Shown here piece by piece: positions 51,201 to 64,000 of a stretch of DNA of 64,000 nucleotides (position 1 is its first letter; every line of letters starts with the position of its first letter). The stretch comes from Marsupella aquatica (lineage: Eukaryota > Plantae > Marchantiophyta): positions 28,339,145 through 28,403,144 of the forward strand of contig OZ316891.1 in the NCBI GenBank assembly GCA_973895155.1. The letters are read 5' to 3'. The notes beneath the pieces are model-generated. The model did no database searches, had not been told where the DNA came from, and worked only from the letters and a program-made list of their open reading frames with translations. Made by a program: the position numbers and the translations under genes.

Positions 51201-51695
51201 GGCGTAATGCAATTCTTTGGGAGACTCGCCATGCTTGTCAATGAAAACACGCAGGCATTTCACTTTTTCATCTCCGCCCTTCTTCAGGTACATATATCGT
51301 GACTGTGTTACGTTTTGTTTTAGGGATCTGCAGCGATGTCATCATGAGTATGCTAGAACTTTATGTAGTATTCGGATGAAGTTGGAGACTTCAGGGTTCC
51401 AATATCTACGAAAGGAGGTTTCTTACAACCATTTCGATTGACATGGACTAACATTGTAGTCTTCGACGTGCAGCTTTGTGATCGAGCTGGAAGTCTCTAT
51501 GGCGAACTAGCACGGTTTGTGTTACATGTGCTTGGGTTTCGAATGGGGTCAAAGGCCAGAGCACGATCTAAAGCATCAGCAAGAGCTTTGGAAGGGGCTG
51601 AGCTACACCCTGGTCAGAATTTGATGGCTGCACCAACTCCTCCAGAGAAGGCATGGGACAATGTATGGCAAGATGAAAGTGGGCCTCGGTCATGA
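48242..51695 (+). CDS. PEX13: Peroxin 13 (plant PEX13/APM2); exons 48242-48257, 49726-49962, 50138-50499, 51195-51287, 51474-51695
   Basis: PPKPWERAG, PPRPWEQ, YGGG-rich region, FFGRLAMLVNENTQAFHFFISALLQLCDRAGSLYGELARFV and WDNVW; junction phases are consistent. Confidence 0.93.
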
Positions 51696-53526
51696 CTTTT
51701 CACCTCTCCTTGGTCTCCGTGCTCTTATGGCGACCACTTCTCCTTGGATTTGATATGGCACTGGATTTTAAGAGGATACACCTTAACACTCTTGTTGGCC
51801 TCCACTGTTCGGGACTTTTTTTATATTTTCCTCGCAAAAGAAAATTTGCTGCATGTGGAGTCTTGAAAAACGACCAGGCCAGTCAGACTACGGAAAGCTA
51901 AGTTGAATTAGCCCCTGCTTCTCTTGCACTTCGTTTGAGAATAGCAAATTACCCAAGACCTGGAGCTAAGAGAATGACGATGGCGTTATGGAATCTCTGC
52001 AGACTAACTTGGCATGAAAATTGTGAATAGTGCATGGTGGCACGGTAACTGGTAGGTAGTGGATGAAGGCTGGTCAAGACTTGTTGGCAACTCTACGCCG
52101 GCAAAGTTAGGTGATACGGGACTAAAGTAGGTGTGTATTAATAACGGAATATATTTTTAGAACCTTAGTAGAGTGCTCTATTGTCCAAAACTTATTCCAC
52201 GGCTCAAGGGATGGGACACTGGATTGATATGTTTATATATTTGTTCTACCATTTTTATTCGCAATGCCACCGATTATTGTGAAAGCTTTGGGCACATTGT
52301 GTCTTCGACGTGGAGTGAGATTCAACCAAAAACTTTTGGGGATGTATCTGCAGTATCAACTGCGGAAGTTGCCTCGAAGATGAGACTGAACGTTGGACAT
52401 GTCTGCCTTTTGATACACTCCTTTAGTGGCACCCTTTATGCAGATAAATGCTCACCTATACTTCATGAATTGCACCAAGAATGGTCGATTTCTAGTTTAC
52501 CAGAATGCCCTCGGCATCTGACTACTGCGATCAAAGTCTAAATTGCTCAAATGCCTCCATAAAACAAAAACCACGTTCACATACACCTGTGACTTTCTTT
52601 CCTCTCTGGGTCACGTCACCCGGGATAAAGGATGCTTCGTTGGATACTTTGGACACATAATCTCCTAGTGTGAAATGTATCCTCTAGTCTATCGCTGATT
52701 TAGACGACTATGTGCAGAAGATGCTCTGATTATGGAGAATAACGACATCGTTGTTTACAGTAGTAGTTTGGGTGGTTGACAAAGAGGTTTTAGAGGGCAA
52801 AGACGAAGATCACTTTGTACCAGTAAGGTCATAACATGAGGACATTGAATCTTGCCGAGTTCACTATTACTAGAAACATCAGGGATATGGGTGCCCATAG
52901 AGAAGAAAATGTTTCTCGGAACAGACCGTTCAGTATGAACTAAGCAAAACTATGTGGACTGTAATAGGATTTCATCACGCATGTATCTGCAAAAGACAGA
53001 TTTCTCAATCCGCAATTCAATGGACTCAATTTTATTCTCAGCAACGATCTGGAAGAATAACCAAGCTCTTCCCAACTCAAAAATGCGATTTACATCTATC
53101 TGTCTATGCGGGAAAACGCTGAAAGTTTGTTCAGCTCTTCCTCGAAAACTCGCTTCCCATACGAGAAGACTTCCTACCATCTCCACAATGGAAACCAAAC
53201 ACTTGGTTAGTCTCCTCAATGTAAGATTTCGTAAACCATCTCTGGCTAGCCAATAAAACAACTGGATGGCAGTCCCCTATAGTCCAGATGCCCTCCTAAT
53301 GCTTGATCTACAATTCACTGGGCCATTTTCCATGGGGGGCAATCCAATAACATCATTCATGTCCCACGAAGGACCTTGGAAGATAAATCTTCTATGGATG
53401 ACTTGGCAATTCAAAGATATTCTCCTGACAGACCTCCATACGTCACCTTTTCTTTCGGACTAAATATACAAATGGTTTCTTCAAACCGGACACTGTGTCT
53501 ACAAAACAGGGCGGGCTTGTCCAAAA

Positions 53527-56500
53527 CTATGGCAAAAATCCACTGCCAAAGAGAGCATTACTGGCAGTTTGAAGTTGCTCATGCAATCTTGTCAATTCTC
53601 TTCCCTCAACGGTTTGAGTGTCCTCAATAGCCTGCCAAGGACGCCGTCAGAGTAGAAAAATGAGATAAATTCTTTTCAATTCTGCAAAACAAGTTAAATC
53701 CTACACGTGAATCTGACTTGCCAGTATTAGGATGCAGTGGAAACTATATAATAGATGAGACCTACACAAGTTAATCATTGCGTTCAGAAAGCTGAGCTTT
53801 TGTTCAGGTGCACCCGCTAGAATTACGTTGCTCACCCAACAGCTGTGATTGACAAATGGAAGCTTTCCGATTATAGTCAGAGAGGATACTAATCAGGAAT
53901 CCACGTCTAGGAGTACAGCTACTATATCGGACAACATTGTTGCAAAACGATTACCTCAATTTTCCGCATAATAGCCTTGACTGTATCCTTTGATGAGGAA
54001 AGACATCTGTCAAGCTTCTCAGTCTTGATTATGTCCAATACAATTTGAGCAAAAGTGACTCGTTGTTTCGCATATCTCAAAGTTTGTGGAAGCACTTCTG
54101 CAGGTCAGGCACCATTTTTATCATCTGCCCCACAAATTATTCTACAAACTGCGACAATACGTCTGTCCAACATCTCCCTTTGAAATCGTGCATCAGCTTC
54201 AACGAGGTCATATTTAATCTCGAGGTTCTAATCTGTTTAGACTATTAAATTCTTACCACGTTTACAGATAACAACAAGTTCAACAGAACATCATGTACAG
54301 TGATGAGGAAACACGTGATCCCAGAATGAACAACCAAGTAAGGATTAGCAAAGAGAGAGAAAGGTCGCGGGGGAAGGGTAGGTAACCTGTCCTCAAGAAC
54401 TCATAAATAACCTTCAATACTTGGAGTGTGAAGCTGGTACTGCGAGCCATAAGAATTAGACAAGGTCGCTTGAAAGCGTTCAGGACAATCTCTTTCCTAG
54501 ATCCTCCAACCCTGTCCCCCAACTGAGCGCAGAGACAAACCGAAATCACAAATAAGTACAATGGCGTATGTCCTTCTGGCAGTCATCCAACCCAGTATAG
54601 CCCCCTGTTAATATCTACAATTGAATCAACGTAAAGAAACTCACTACTGAGATACGGAAACCAAAAATAAGATTCTTGCCAAGAAGTAGTTCACATTGGG
54701 AACAATTGACTTCCAAGCGATCTCGTGTTGCTAACCGCTCAACACATGACCATGACGGTGGTTCGTGCTTACTGCAGAGAGGATAAAAGAATTCCAGAAC
54801 GCATCATGAAGTAAAGCGAGTACCTCAGCAATATTTAGAAGGAAATTTGCAGCAGATTTTGGAAGCTCATCTACTAAAGAATCTGGCACAAATAAACCAT
54901 CTGAATCTTTAACTTTGTGACTGAGAACGGCCACCGCTCTGAACAAACCATGCACAACGCGCAGCGGTGGTTGATTTTCCTGACAAGTGAAAACCATGTC
55001 AACTCGAAATCCCCTATTCTCCATCAATACTTGATACATCCAAGGCATAAATCCAAGAGACACAACTAATCACGCTCACAGCAATAAAGCAATCTTCTGT
55101 AAAATCGTTACGATGCTCTAAGCTGGACTCTAAACGAAGGATGAGATATACTCACAAGCTCCGCCTTGATAGAAGGACCGAGAAGAGATAGCACAATATT
55201 TCCATCGCCAACTTGTGCCAGACATGCACATACAACACCGGTGATAGCACCATGCCTTTGCCGAATCTTTACTTCCAGATCCTCGTCATAATCACCAGCC
55301 CTAGAGACATCGGTTCCTGAGGAAGGGTTCCTCAAAGAGCTGTCAGCTGAGACAGGAAAGGATAGAGTTACATTTGGTCAAAATAGCGTCGCTTGATCAG
55401 AAACTGCAAACTGGTAGATATATTCTCTAATGCTGGCCAGACATACAGCCACCTTGTCATTGTACCTTCTAGAGTACCGCAGAATTATAGAATAAAACAA
55501 ATTTCTAAAACTTCGAAACATCTCCCTACAAGAGATGACTACTAGACTGTTGACTAGGCAGCAATTGATTCCATTCAAATAACAAGATTGCGCTACGGTT
55601 ATATCTGCAGAGACAGTATTGGTTTCGGATGTTTGACGAGAAATAATAACAAAACTTCCGAGGATAAATTCAGGAACGAAAACACGGTCCACATGCTTCA
55701 AGGACTTCTCTTAGTACCTTGTGAAGGTTGTGAAGGCACACGGCCAGCGAGCAGAGTAAAGAGAAAACTTAAGTGTTCCCCAAGACCTATGGCACCTCTA
55801 CAAAAGGCTCTCTGCAGCAACTCAACTATACGTAGAGAAATCGCAACGTCTAGATCAGGACCTGCACAGAAATGGCAACTCTTCTCAAGGTGTATTCAAG
55901 AGAAGCTAAGATCTTAGACGTTCCTTTTGTCGGTACATGTCAGGTTAGGAAACATGTAGCTTACAAGGAGATCTTTAAGATGAAGAGCAGAACAGTAAAG
56001 TTATCCTCACCTCCAGAACAGTAGCAGAAGCTTTAACAAGTCATTTGGTCAAAATATACTAGAGTTAACTCAACTTGCAGCGCTCAAGGACATATCAATG
56101 GTCTATCGCAGACCTCTTCGGTTTGCTTCTACAGACAAGCAGCCACCACTAGTCCCAGATTCTGTAGGTTTCAAGTAATGGTTGGGGCAGAACTTACACA
56201 GGGAGCACTGTGCCAGGACTTTCAAGAACAATGGAGAAAATTTGGTGTAATAATAGAGCAAATCTGCTGCAAGTTCCTGACACGATTGGGGTAATTTGAT
56301 GAATGGGCCGTATAAGCATCTTGCTGCACGACAGAATGTAAACTTAAAACATACATCCAAGAGATTCAACACCGTCGTAATAACCAAACTCATGCTCGTA
56401 CATCTCAACTGCACGTAGCAGTCAGAAAGAAAACCAACACTTTCAATATGAACTAAGTCTGGAACATGTATGGTGTAGAAATGCCACGAACTGCAAGGTA

Positions 56501-59500
56501 ACTATGGGACTTCAAACTCACATTCGTTTTTGGGCATGTACGTCATAAAAAGGCAGAAGAAGGGGATCATGGCGTGCTGCAGGCCATCGTAGCTTTCAGC
56601 CTGTGCAGACCCTTCTGCTGATGAACGCCCTATGTACAGTAACATCTCCAACACGGCCTGTTGCAAATCGAGAACCGAACATCATATTTTTTACTGAAAC
56701 GATAACATTCTATGTCGCGTGCCAAGTAGCTTTGAACTGCATCTCCAGAGACAGATTCTGTGCAAAATGAACTACAGCAGGTTCCTGTGCAAAATTAGCT
56801 TCGCATAATACAACTCGACTTCAAGTGAATCACGGTGGAATTGGTAACTGTCCGAGGAATTGGTCCATGTCCGAGGGAAAGACCAAAATACAATCGAACG
56901 TGCCTGAGAAACATTGGAGTGTAAATGCTTCAACTCCCACAGAAGTTTCGGTAGAGACCGCAGCCACAATGTTTGAAATTCCGATGGTACATCATTGAGT
57001 TTCACCGGTTCCTTTTTTCCCGACGTACTCCCCTGAGACAGCAAGCAAATCCATGAGAAGAAGTTTGAGCAGAAGAACGATCCCAAGAGACGAATAAGGA
57101 AGTAGACCCAGTCGATTGTGTCCACATAACATGGGATTTTGCTACACTTTACTTTCAGATTGCTAGCTCAATGCCCTAGAAGGTACACAATGGAAGTAAC
57201 GGTGTAGAAAGCTATCGTCAAATTGTGTCAGATCATAAACTTACTGGAAGAACAAGCGCTGTCATGGATGAAAGGCAGACCATCTTGGTGCTTGAGCGTG
57301 AATTACATGATTCAAATACATGCGTAAACGCCTGATGAACAGAACAACGTTAAATTATGTCATGAAAATAGAATACAAACCTCGACGTCACACGACAAAC
57401 AATACATAGGAAGAGCTTGGTCGTTACCTGTAATAATCTTGGTAACCAGTCGGACGACACACATTTAACCAGCCCAGGAAGATAGCTAATTAGAGACTTG
57501 ACATGTGGTTCTGAAAGCTTAGGATCTGACACTCCTTCAGAAAACTGGGATGATGGCAGCATCTGTAAAAGGCCACCAATCAACGAAAAGCTGACTCAGA
57601 ATTTTCATGACAGGCAGTCGCTAGTCCACCCAGAAATATAGCATTTGACCACCTTTCATGGCCTTAATACTTCAATGCTAAGCTGATCCTCTTGTGCCTC
57701 TTATCCAGATTATTCTTCGAGTGGCACACACAGACTATCGTCGAAAAAGATTACGACCTTCCACAATCTTGGCAAATATCTCATGGGCATTCACATCGAA
57801 GGAACGACAGTTTTATTCCCACAACGGAGATATGTACCTTTCCATACAAGGCACTTTCAAAATACTCCACAACCACATCAAGTTGTTTGTTGTCAATCCC
57901 ATCAGCAGTGGGCATCATGAATTGGAACATGACCTCACATGTTCCAACGTTCAATGCTACTAAACCCTCTTCAACCTACAGCCAGACACACATGTAGACA
58001 CCGAAGGGAATCAGATGAAAATTCCACAGTTTGTGAGCTCTTGAGCACTGAAAACATGTAACAAAGCAAACCAAGGCAAAATAGCCCCAAACAAGGTACA
58101 AGCATGGCAGCACATAACAATAAGGAAGAAAATGTGCAAGAGCTGACTGATAAAAGGAAAAAATTGCTTTATACAGTCAGAATGGAGGAAAACGGTTCCT
58201 AACGCTTTGGTCTTTACCTTCGGTAGAAGACGAACTACTGGTGCTGATATTGGAAAAGACTTGAGAAGACGACTAGAAACGCCTGGCAGGAACTTTTGTC
58301 GCATCCATAAATGCGTTTCCCACTCCTCTGAACCATATTCAGGTACATGTATGGTGGAAGCCTTTGTCTTCATGTCTCTAGCCAAAGAGCTGGCCGCACT
58401 TTCGCTGATCACCGACTGAAATATATGGCTTAGACATTTAGTTATGAGGACCATGCAGTCAAGGCTGCTGACATCTGGATTGGGTGCATTGCAAACCATG
58501 GGTGCATATTCAGCCCAGCATTCCAGTAAGACGGGTACAAGCAGTGTAGAGGTAAACGAAATCTGCCCGGGCCTTCCTGCTCGACAAACGGACACCGGTT
58601 TGATAAGGTCAGTTTACACCTTAAATTTGCATCCCGTAAAAAGCAGCAAACACCATTATTACTGACACATGATGCATAATTCATACATAAATGTGAGGAT
58701 TGTAGGACACACACTGAATAGTAGTCCAAGCGATGGCAAAGGATTCGCTGTGATAACCAAGTTTTGGTTTGAAATGTGGTCAGCTGGGAAAGTTTTCTAT
58801 GCGTCCATTTAAAAACCAAACTTCGACTCTGGTGTTCATCCAAATAATTGGCATCCACCACGTCTGACACTCAAAAGAGAACACAATTGCTAATAACGTG
58901 AAAAGAGGATTGTGACTAAGGTTCACCATGTACCTGCAGTTTGCATAAGTTGAGGTCCCTGGCTGGCCAACACCATCGCTGGTTGCCCAACTGCGCAAGC
59001 AGAAAGGTTGAATGACACATTCAAATACGGAGAGAGGTGGAAAACGTAGGGGGAACGTAGGACCATTGTAAACAGGAGTACAGATGTGATTGCTTATTCC
59101 TGCCATCAACTGAAGCCCCGTGCCACATCAGAACACAAATATACAAAACGTTGAAACCAAAAGTCTCCTTGACAAGAGAGTGTAGTGCACCTTCTTGAAA
59201 TGACAAGCCCTGTGGTGGGTTTCCCTCTGGCAATGCACTTTTGTACGCATGCAAAGCTTGAAGACCCTCAACCACGCCCTGAAAGATGACAAAATCAACT
59301 TCCAGACGTACTGTATACATGATTACCTTCACTTCTTTAAACAATACTTTTTCTCATCACTCATAGAAACACTCAACTACTCTGTGAGCACACATACCAC
59401 AAGAATGGACAGACAATTTTGACAACTCTGAGCATGACAGACATTTGGGTTTATGTGCTTTAATATCCACTACCATATCATCCAGGTCCAAGTCCTACAG

Positions 59501-61577
59501 CCCATGAAATAGCCAGAAAACAGAAGAGATTGGATCTACCTGATTGCTCGAATCAACTGTCAGACCCCATCTGTGAGTGACGGTGGAAGCCACTGAACGT
59601 CGTGTAGTCATTGTGCTCTGCTTGAGAGCAAACAGAAAGTGCTCCAAGCTACTGAGTACACTTAAAAGCCTATTGCCAGGTTGCCCACTGATCCCACCTT
59701 TTCCGAGAAGGCTGATGTAATGATGGACTATCTGGACAATGGAGAGTAAAACAACTCAAATTGTGAAACTTTGTGGCAGAATGCAAAGTCAGTGAACACC
59801 ATCTTGCTGCCGTAATTGCAAAGACAGTTCTTCAGGTTAAAGGAACCCAACTCCGCTACAAGTTGCTATCAAACCAGGAAAAACGTTCACAGTTCCACAT
59901 AATACAACAGCAGTTTCCTCTCCCTTACCTCTAAAAATATTTAGCTTCAATCTCTGGAAAAATTACGCATATTACGACAATAATTAGAGAGCAAAGACGC
60001 CTTTTACTGTCTCTTACTAGTATTAAATCAATTTCCCGTGCCATTGGCGTTCTGAGCAGTCCTTGCCTGACCGTGACTGGGGATCTGTGAGCTTTAAATC
60101 AGTTCACTTCAACAATCTGGAGAATTTACTGACTCACCTGACCGGAGAAGGAAGGAACAACAAGAGTTGAACAATGCTGCACAAGTAAATCCAAAAATGT
60201 GCATGCTCCTATGCGAATATCCAAGACCAAATGTGTCATTGCGCTGCAGACATGGGCCATTATCACTGGTACCAAAGGTTTCATCATGGCCTGCGTAACA
60301 TTCAATCATAAAGCAGAGCAATCTGTCAAATAGGAAGTGTTATCACAGATTACATACAAATCTTTGAATTCGTGCAGCATATCTGCATCCAATTTTGTCA
60401 GTGCGGCAACTAAATTATGGTATCCAACACAACTAGAAGCTATCCTAAAAGCATTGAGTTCACGTCTGTGTAGCCAGTAGATTCTTCACCACAGCTGTGA
60501 ACGTTACGGACCTCAGGCAGAGTTGGAAGAATTGATGACCGCAAGAGGAGGACCAGGGCTTGCCGAACACTCTTCTCAGTATCAGTTATTCGTGGAGAAA
60601 GCTTTTCTATGACCACCACAGCATGCATAACTAGCTCCTTTGGATGCTTCCCAAACAAATCCTTCAAGCCCATTAATGCGTCTGCACAAGAGAGCAAGTA
60701 GAAGCATTAGTCCAGTACAGGAACTTCGGGCGCCAAATTCTTTGAGATCGCTGGAGTTTTTTGGGTTGGTTGGCGAGGAGGTCAAAGTTTCATTTCATTT
60801 ACCTCGTCGCATTCGCTCACTGTAGTGAGTGACCTGTACAAGAAGCTCCTTCAAAGTCTGTTTCCGATGGTTCACTGCTAGCCCGTCCTTCTCGAGAGTA
60901 ACACTTTGACCCGGAATAACAATGCCTGCCACAATTGCAAGCGACTCATTTCAGCTGATGCACAACACCGCTCTTGGAACTCGATTCCAATCCTGATGGC
61001 CAGCTTGTAGAAATTCACGACATATTTGAATTCTGACTGTCAATACTGGGACTTACTGATGTGAATCTGTCATTTGCAATTCATACGTCATCTACCTTTG
61101 CCAGGCCAATCACTGGGCGCCCCAAGCGAGAAATGGTGTTTGGGAGATTTATCCAGTCGTCCCCTCACATTGTCCGTCAAAATGACTGAGTAAATGATAT
61201 TTTTTCTTCCTGAACTTGTCTCTGGAAGGCTATTGCTGCACAGGATGCCTGCTCTGATTCTAGAGACAATAATGTAGCATGGGTTGGCCATGCCAATTCC
61301 ATACCTTTGGACTTGAATTCCACTTTGGTTGCATTTTGAGCTGGCGCCAATTTCCTTCCTACCTTTGATTTAACTCTCTGCACGAAGGACAGGGTACCAG
61401 TCATTAGTCGTGACACGTACAATGCTGTGAATGTATCGGTATAACTCAAGTGACAGCGGGCGAAATTAAGCGACGCTTCCACGTGGCTAGACGAGCAGAG
61501 TAATGTATGACCTTGAAGTCGACGGCCAGTGCCTTTTTGGACTTGGCGTTGGGGTTCTTCTTAGCTCCGGGAGCCAT
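53527..61577 (-). CDS. TEX10: IPI1/TEX10 (Rix1-complex pre-60S processing ARM-repeat protein), multi-exon
   Basis: VDFK|RVKSKVGRKLAPAQNATKVEFKSK|..TLKELLVQVTHYSERMRR|DALMGLKDLF..D..KSVR..; Ipi1_N segment IMAHVCSAMTHLVLDIR..FLDLL; last exon ends SGFLP*. Confidence 0.9.
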
Positions 61578-62564
61578 GGCTGGCTCACAATCTTATCCGT
61601 CGAATTTTTGAAGGATGTTTCACCCAACCAAGCAAGCTTCACTGGCACAAAACCTTCCCCTTCTTCCCAGCGCATTTACACTCGCCCCAACCGCAACTGA
61701 ATTTGAGCCTCATCCGTGCAAGGAAACTTGCCCCAATTGAACACCTGAAACACCAAAACTCTCAGGACTCAGAAATTGGCAAATTGTCAAACTTGCAACA
61801 CTACACTCCCAAAAACATCCAGGGTTCCAAAACTGCACAATTACACGAACTGAAGCCTTCACTATGTGCTGAATTCAGAAACCTGCGACCTTCTCATCTC
61901 ATCCCTACAAGCAATCATAAAGCCGGAAGAATGGAGTAGCCAGGCCGCGGCACTGCGTAGGGCAAGCGGCATTACCGGAGAATCAGAGCAAATTGTGGCG
62001 TCCTCGGAACGCCAGTACATAAAGCGAGAGCAGGTTCCTGCTCTGACGGAAGTAGCGACAACAACAACGACCATCAACGCATGAGTTCAAGACCTTGGTG
62101 CTGTGAACGGAAGGAAGCAAAGACTCCAGACTCAAAGACGTCGTATAAGAGAAGTGAGCCAGGGAGCTGCACAGGCGGTGAGACACGACTGATGACAATT
62201 CGTTGGAAACTACAGTGCCACCATTGATTTTCCTGAGTTGTGGGTGTTCACTGCGAGCCCAAGATCAATTTGACAGATGCGGTTGTACAGAGCAAGTGCA
62301 GTGTCCAAGATCAACTGACAGGGAACAACAACAATTCCTCGACAGCAGTAGAGTAGAGTGATGAACTTCACTTGAGAACAGAGAACAGAGTGTTACAGTG
62401 GTGATCGGAGGGGAGAGTACAGTTGGGGGCTCATTACGGTTGGATAGGGACAAAGACGAGTCCCAACTTGGTACCGTCATTTGGGGGACCCACTTTAGGG
62501 TTTAAACCGCCCCTCTCCTAGAGCAAGGGTTAATGACCTTGTGAACATCGATTTTTTTAGTGGC

Positions 62565-62700
62565 CAAATTTCGCCAAATTCCACCTCGCCATATTCCACC
62601 TCCCCAAAACGCTTTCACCATTTTTTGGCAAAAATTTGCCAATTTCCACCTGGCCATATTCCACCTCCCCAAAAAGCTTTCACCATTTTTGACCAAAATT
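62565..62700. repeat. ~65-bp tandem duplication
   Basis: GCCAA(A/T)TTCCACCT(C/G)GCCATATTCCACCTCCCC..GCTTTCACCATTTT present twice. Confidence 0.8.
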
Positions 62701-62909
62701 TGCGAGTATGTTTTTGTCTCATTAGCCACGATTACACATAATCACAGTGCCATTAGCCAGAATGTAACGATCATCGTTAGATCTAGGGAGATCTGACAGT
62801 CAGGAAAATAATTAGATAAAGAATATTTTGAGCATCTTCTCCTTCACACACTGGACATTGGCCACTCTGGAAAAAATAAAAACCTTAAAAAATACACTGC
62901 TTGGGAACC

Positions 62910-63600
62910 AAAATTTTAACCCATCATTTAGCCCATCATTTGGAGGCCTAGAAAGTAGAAAAGTTCCCTCAAAAAAATATATCTTAGGGGTTTAAGTCCA
63001 TCATTTGGAGACCTAGAAAGTAGAAAAACTACATCTCCTGCTGTTTATGGGTCAATGAACTCCAAAGTTTGAGGCCAAGAAATTAGAAATGCCCAAACAT
63101 ATCTGAGCATCTTTAGCAGTTCAGGGTCAATAGGGCATGTCAAAGCACAGCTGTACCTGAGTGACGGCTCAGGACATAACACACTTACGGCCAGGACAGA
63201 TTCGTATATTGGTTACCAAAATATGTACCCCATAAGGGTGGTGGTCCAAAAAAATAAAGCCGTAACCGAAGTGTTACGGGAGAACTTTGACACACCCTAA
63301 TGAACTCTGATCCCAAAATTTAGCCCATCATTTGGAGGCCTAGAAATTAAAAAAAAACCTCCATATTGAATCATGTCACCCAAAGCATCTGTTGCAGTGG
63401 TTTAAGGGTCGGGTTAAGGGTCAATGAACTTATCTAAACCCAAAATCTAGCCCATCATTTGGAGGCCTAGAAATAGGAAAGGCTCCATATTGATTTAAGT
63501 CACCTATAGATCTCCAGTACTTAAGGGTGATGAACTTCAAACCCATAATTTAGGCCCATCATTTGGAGACCTGGAAATTAGAAAGGCCTCCATATTGAAA
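62910..63600. repeat. Degenerate tandem/subterminal repeat array (probable TE)
   Basis: At least 5 copies of CCCATCATTTGGAG(G/A)CCTAGAAA and repeated GGGTCAATGAACT. Confidence 0.7.
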
Positions 63601-64000
63601 ATTTAGTCATCAATGGTTCCCCCCTTGTTTGACCTCTATCCTTCCCAAAATGATGTGTTGTTATACGCGGATCCAAATTAAATGTCAAGTGTATTGAGTA
63701 TCTTGTGACATGTGGTAGAATCTTTGAGGTAGATGGGAGTAGAGGCCAGTCTCCTGCTGGTTGCAATTTGTACCAAATATGGCAATTGCGATTGTGAAAA
63801 TGGACACTGGCTGCCATTTATCTAGCAACAGGGTCCACCGCTGGGAAGCCATTCCTCCAAAACCAGCCCTATACTCTCTTTTTAGAGCTTTCATGCTCAT
63901 TTGACTGTATCATTGGAGATGCTCTAGCTAGATAGTGGGAGTACAAAATAGTTCATAGCCTTTTTTACTTTGATGACAATATTTTTCACTCTTGATGGTC

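Noticed and set aside
52950-53261. 103-aa minus ORF as a last TEX10 exon
   Set aside because: The spliced TEX10 frame already terminates at 53527; this is probably 3' UTR or intergenic

Overview
Eukaryotic land-plant genomic DNA with GT-AG introns. The gene and TE content suggests a non-seed plant such as a bryophyte, but this is inference. There are six host genes. (1) A very large MEB/VIT1-family membrane protein (+, ~0.7-10 kb) with an N-terminal Zn finger and about 11 Cys-x-Cys-hydrophobic repeats. (2) A bacterial-type group II PLP-dependent decarboxylase with one intron. (3) An intronless pyroglutamyl peptidase I. (4) 20S proteasome alpha-7 (PAG1). (5) PEX13. (6) IPI1/TEX10. A TE island at 11-25 kb resolves by target-site duplications (TSDs) into a five-level nest: hAT remnant < solo LTR < deleted Gypsy < MITE < solo LTR. 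It also holds a separate solo LTR and a CRE-like RLE retroelement remnant. A complete 5.2-kb PIF/Harbinger element (41408-46604) has TIRs, a TSD, an intact transposase, a Myb/SANT ORF and an unexplained third ORF. All coordinates were read by eye and no database searches were run.
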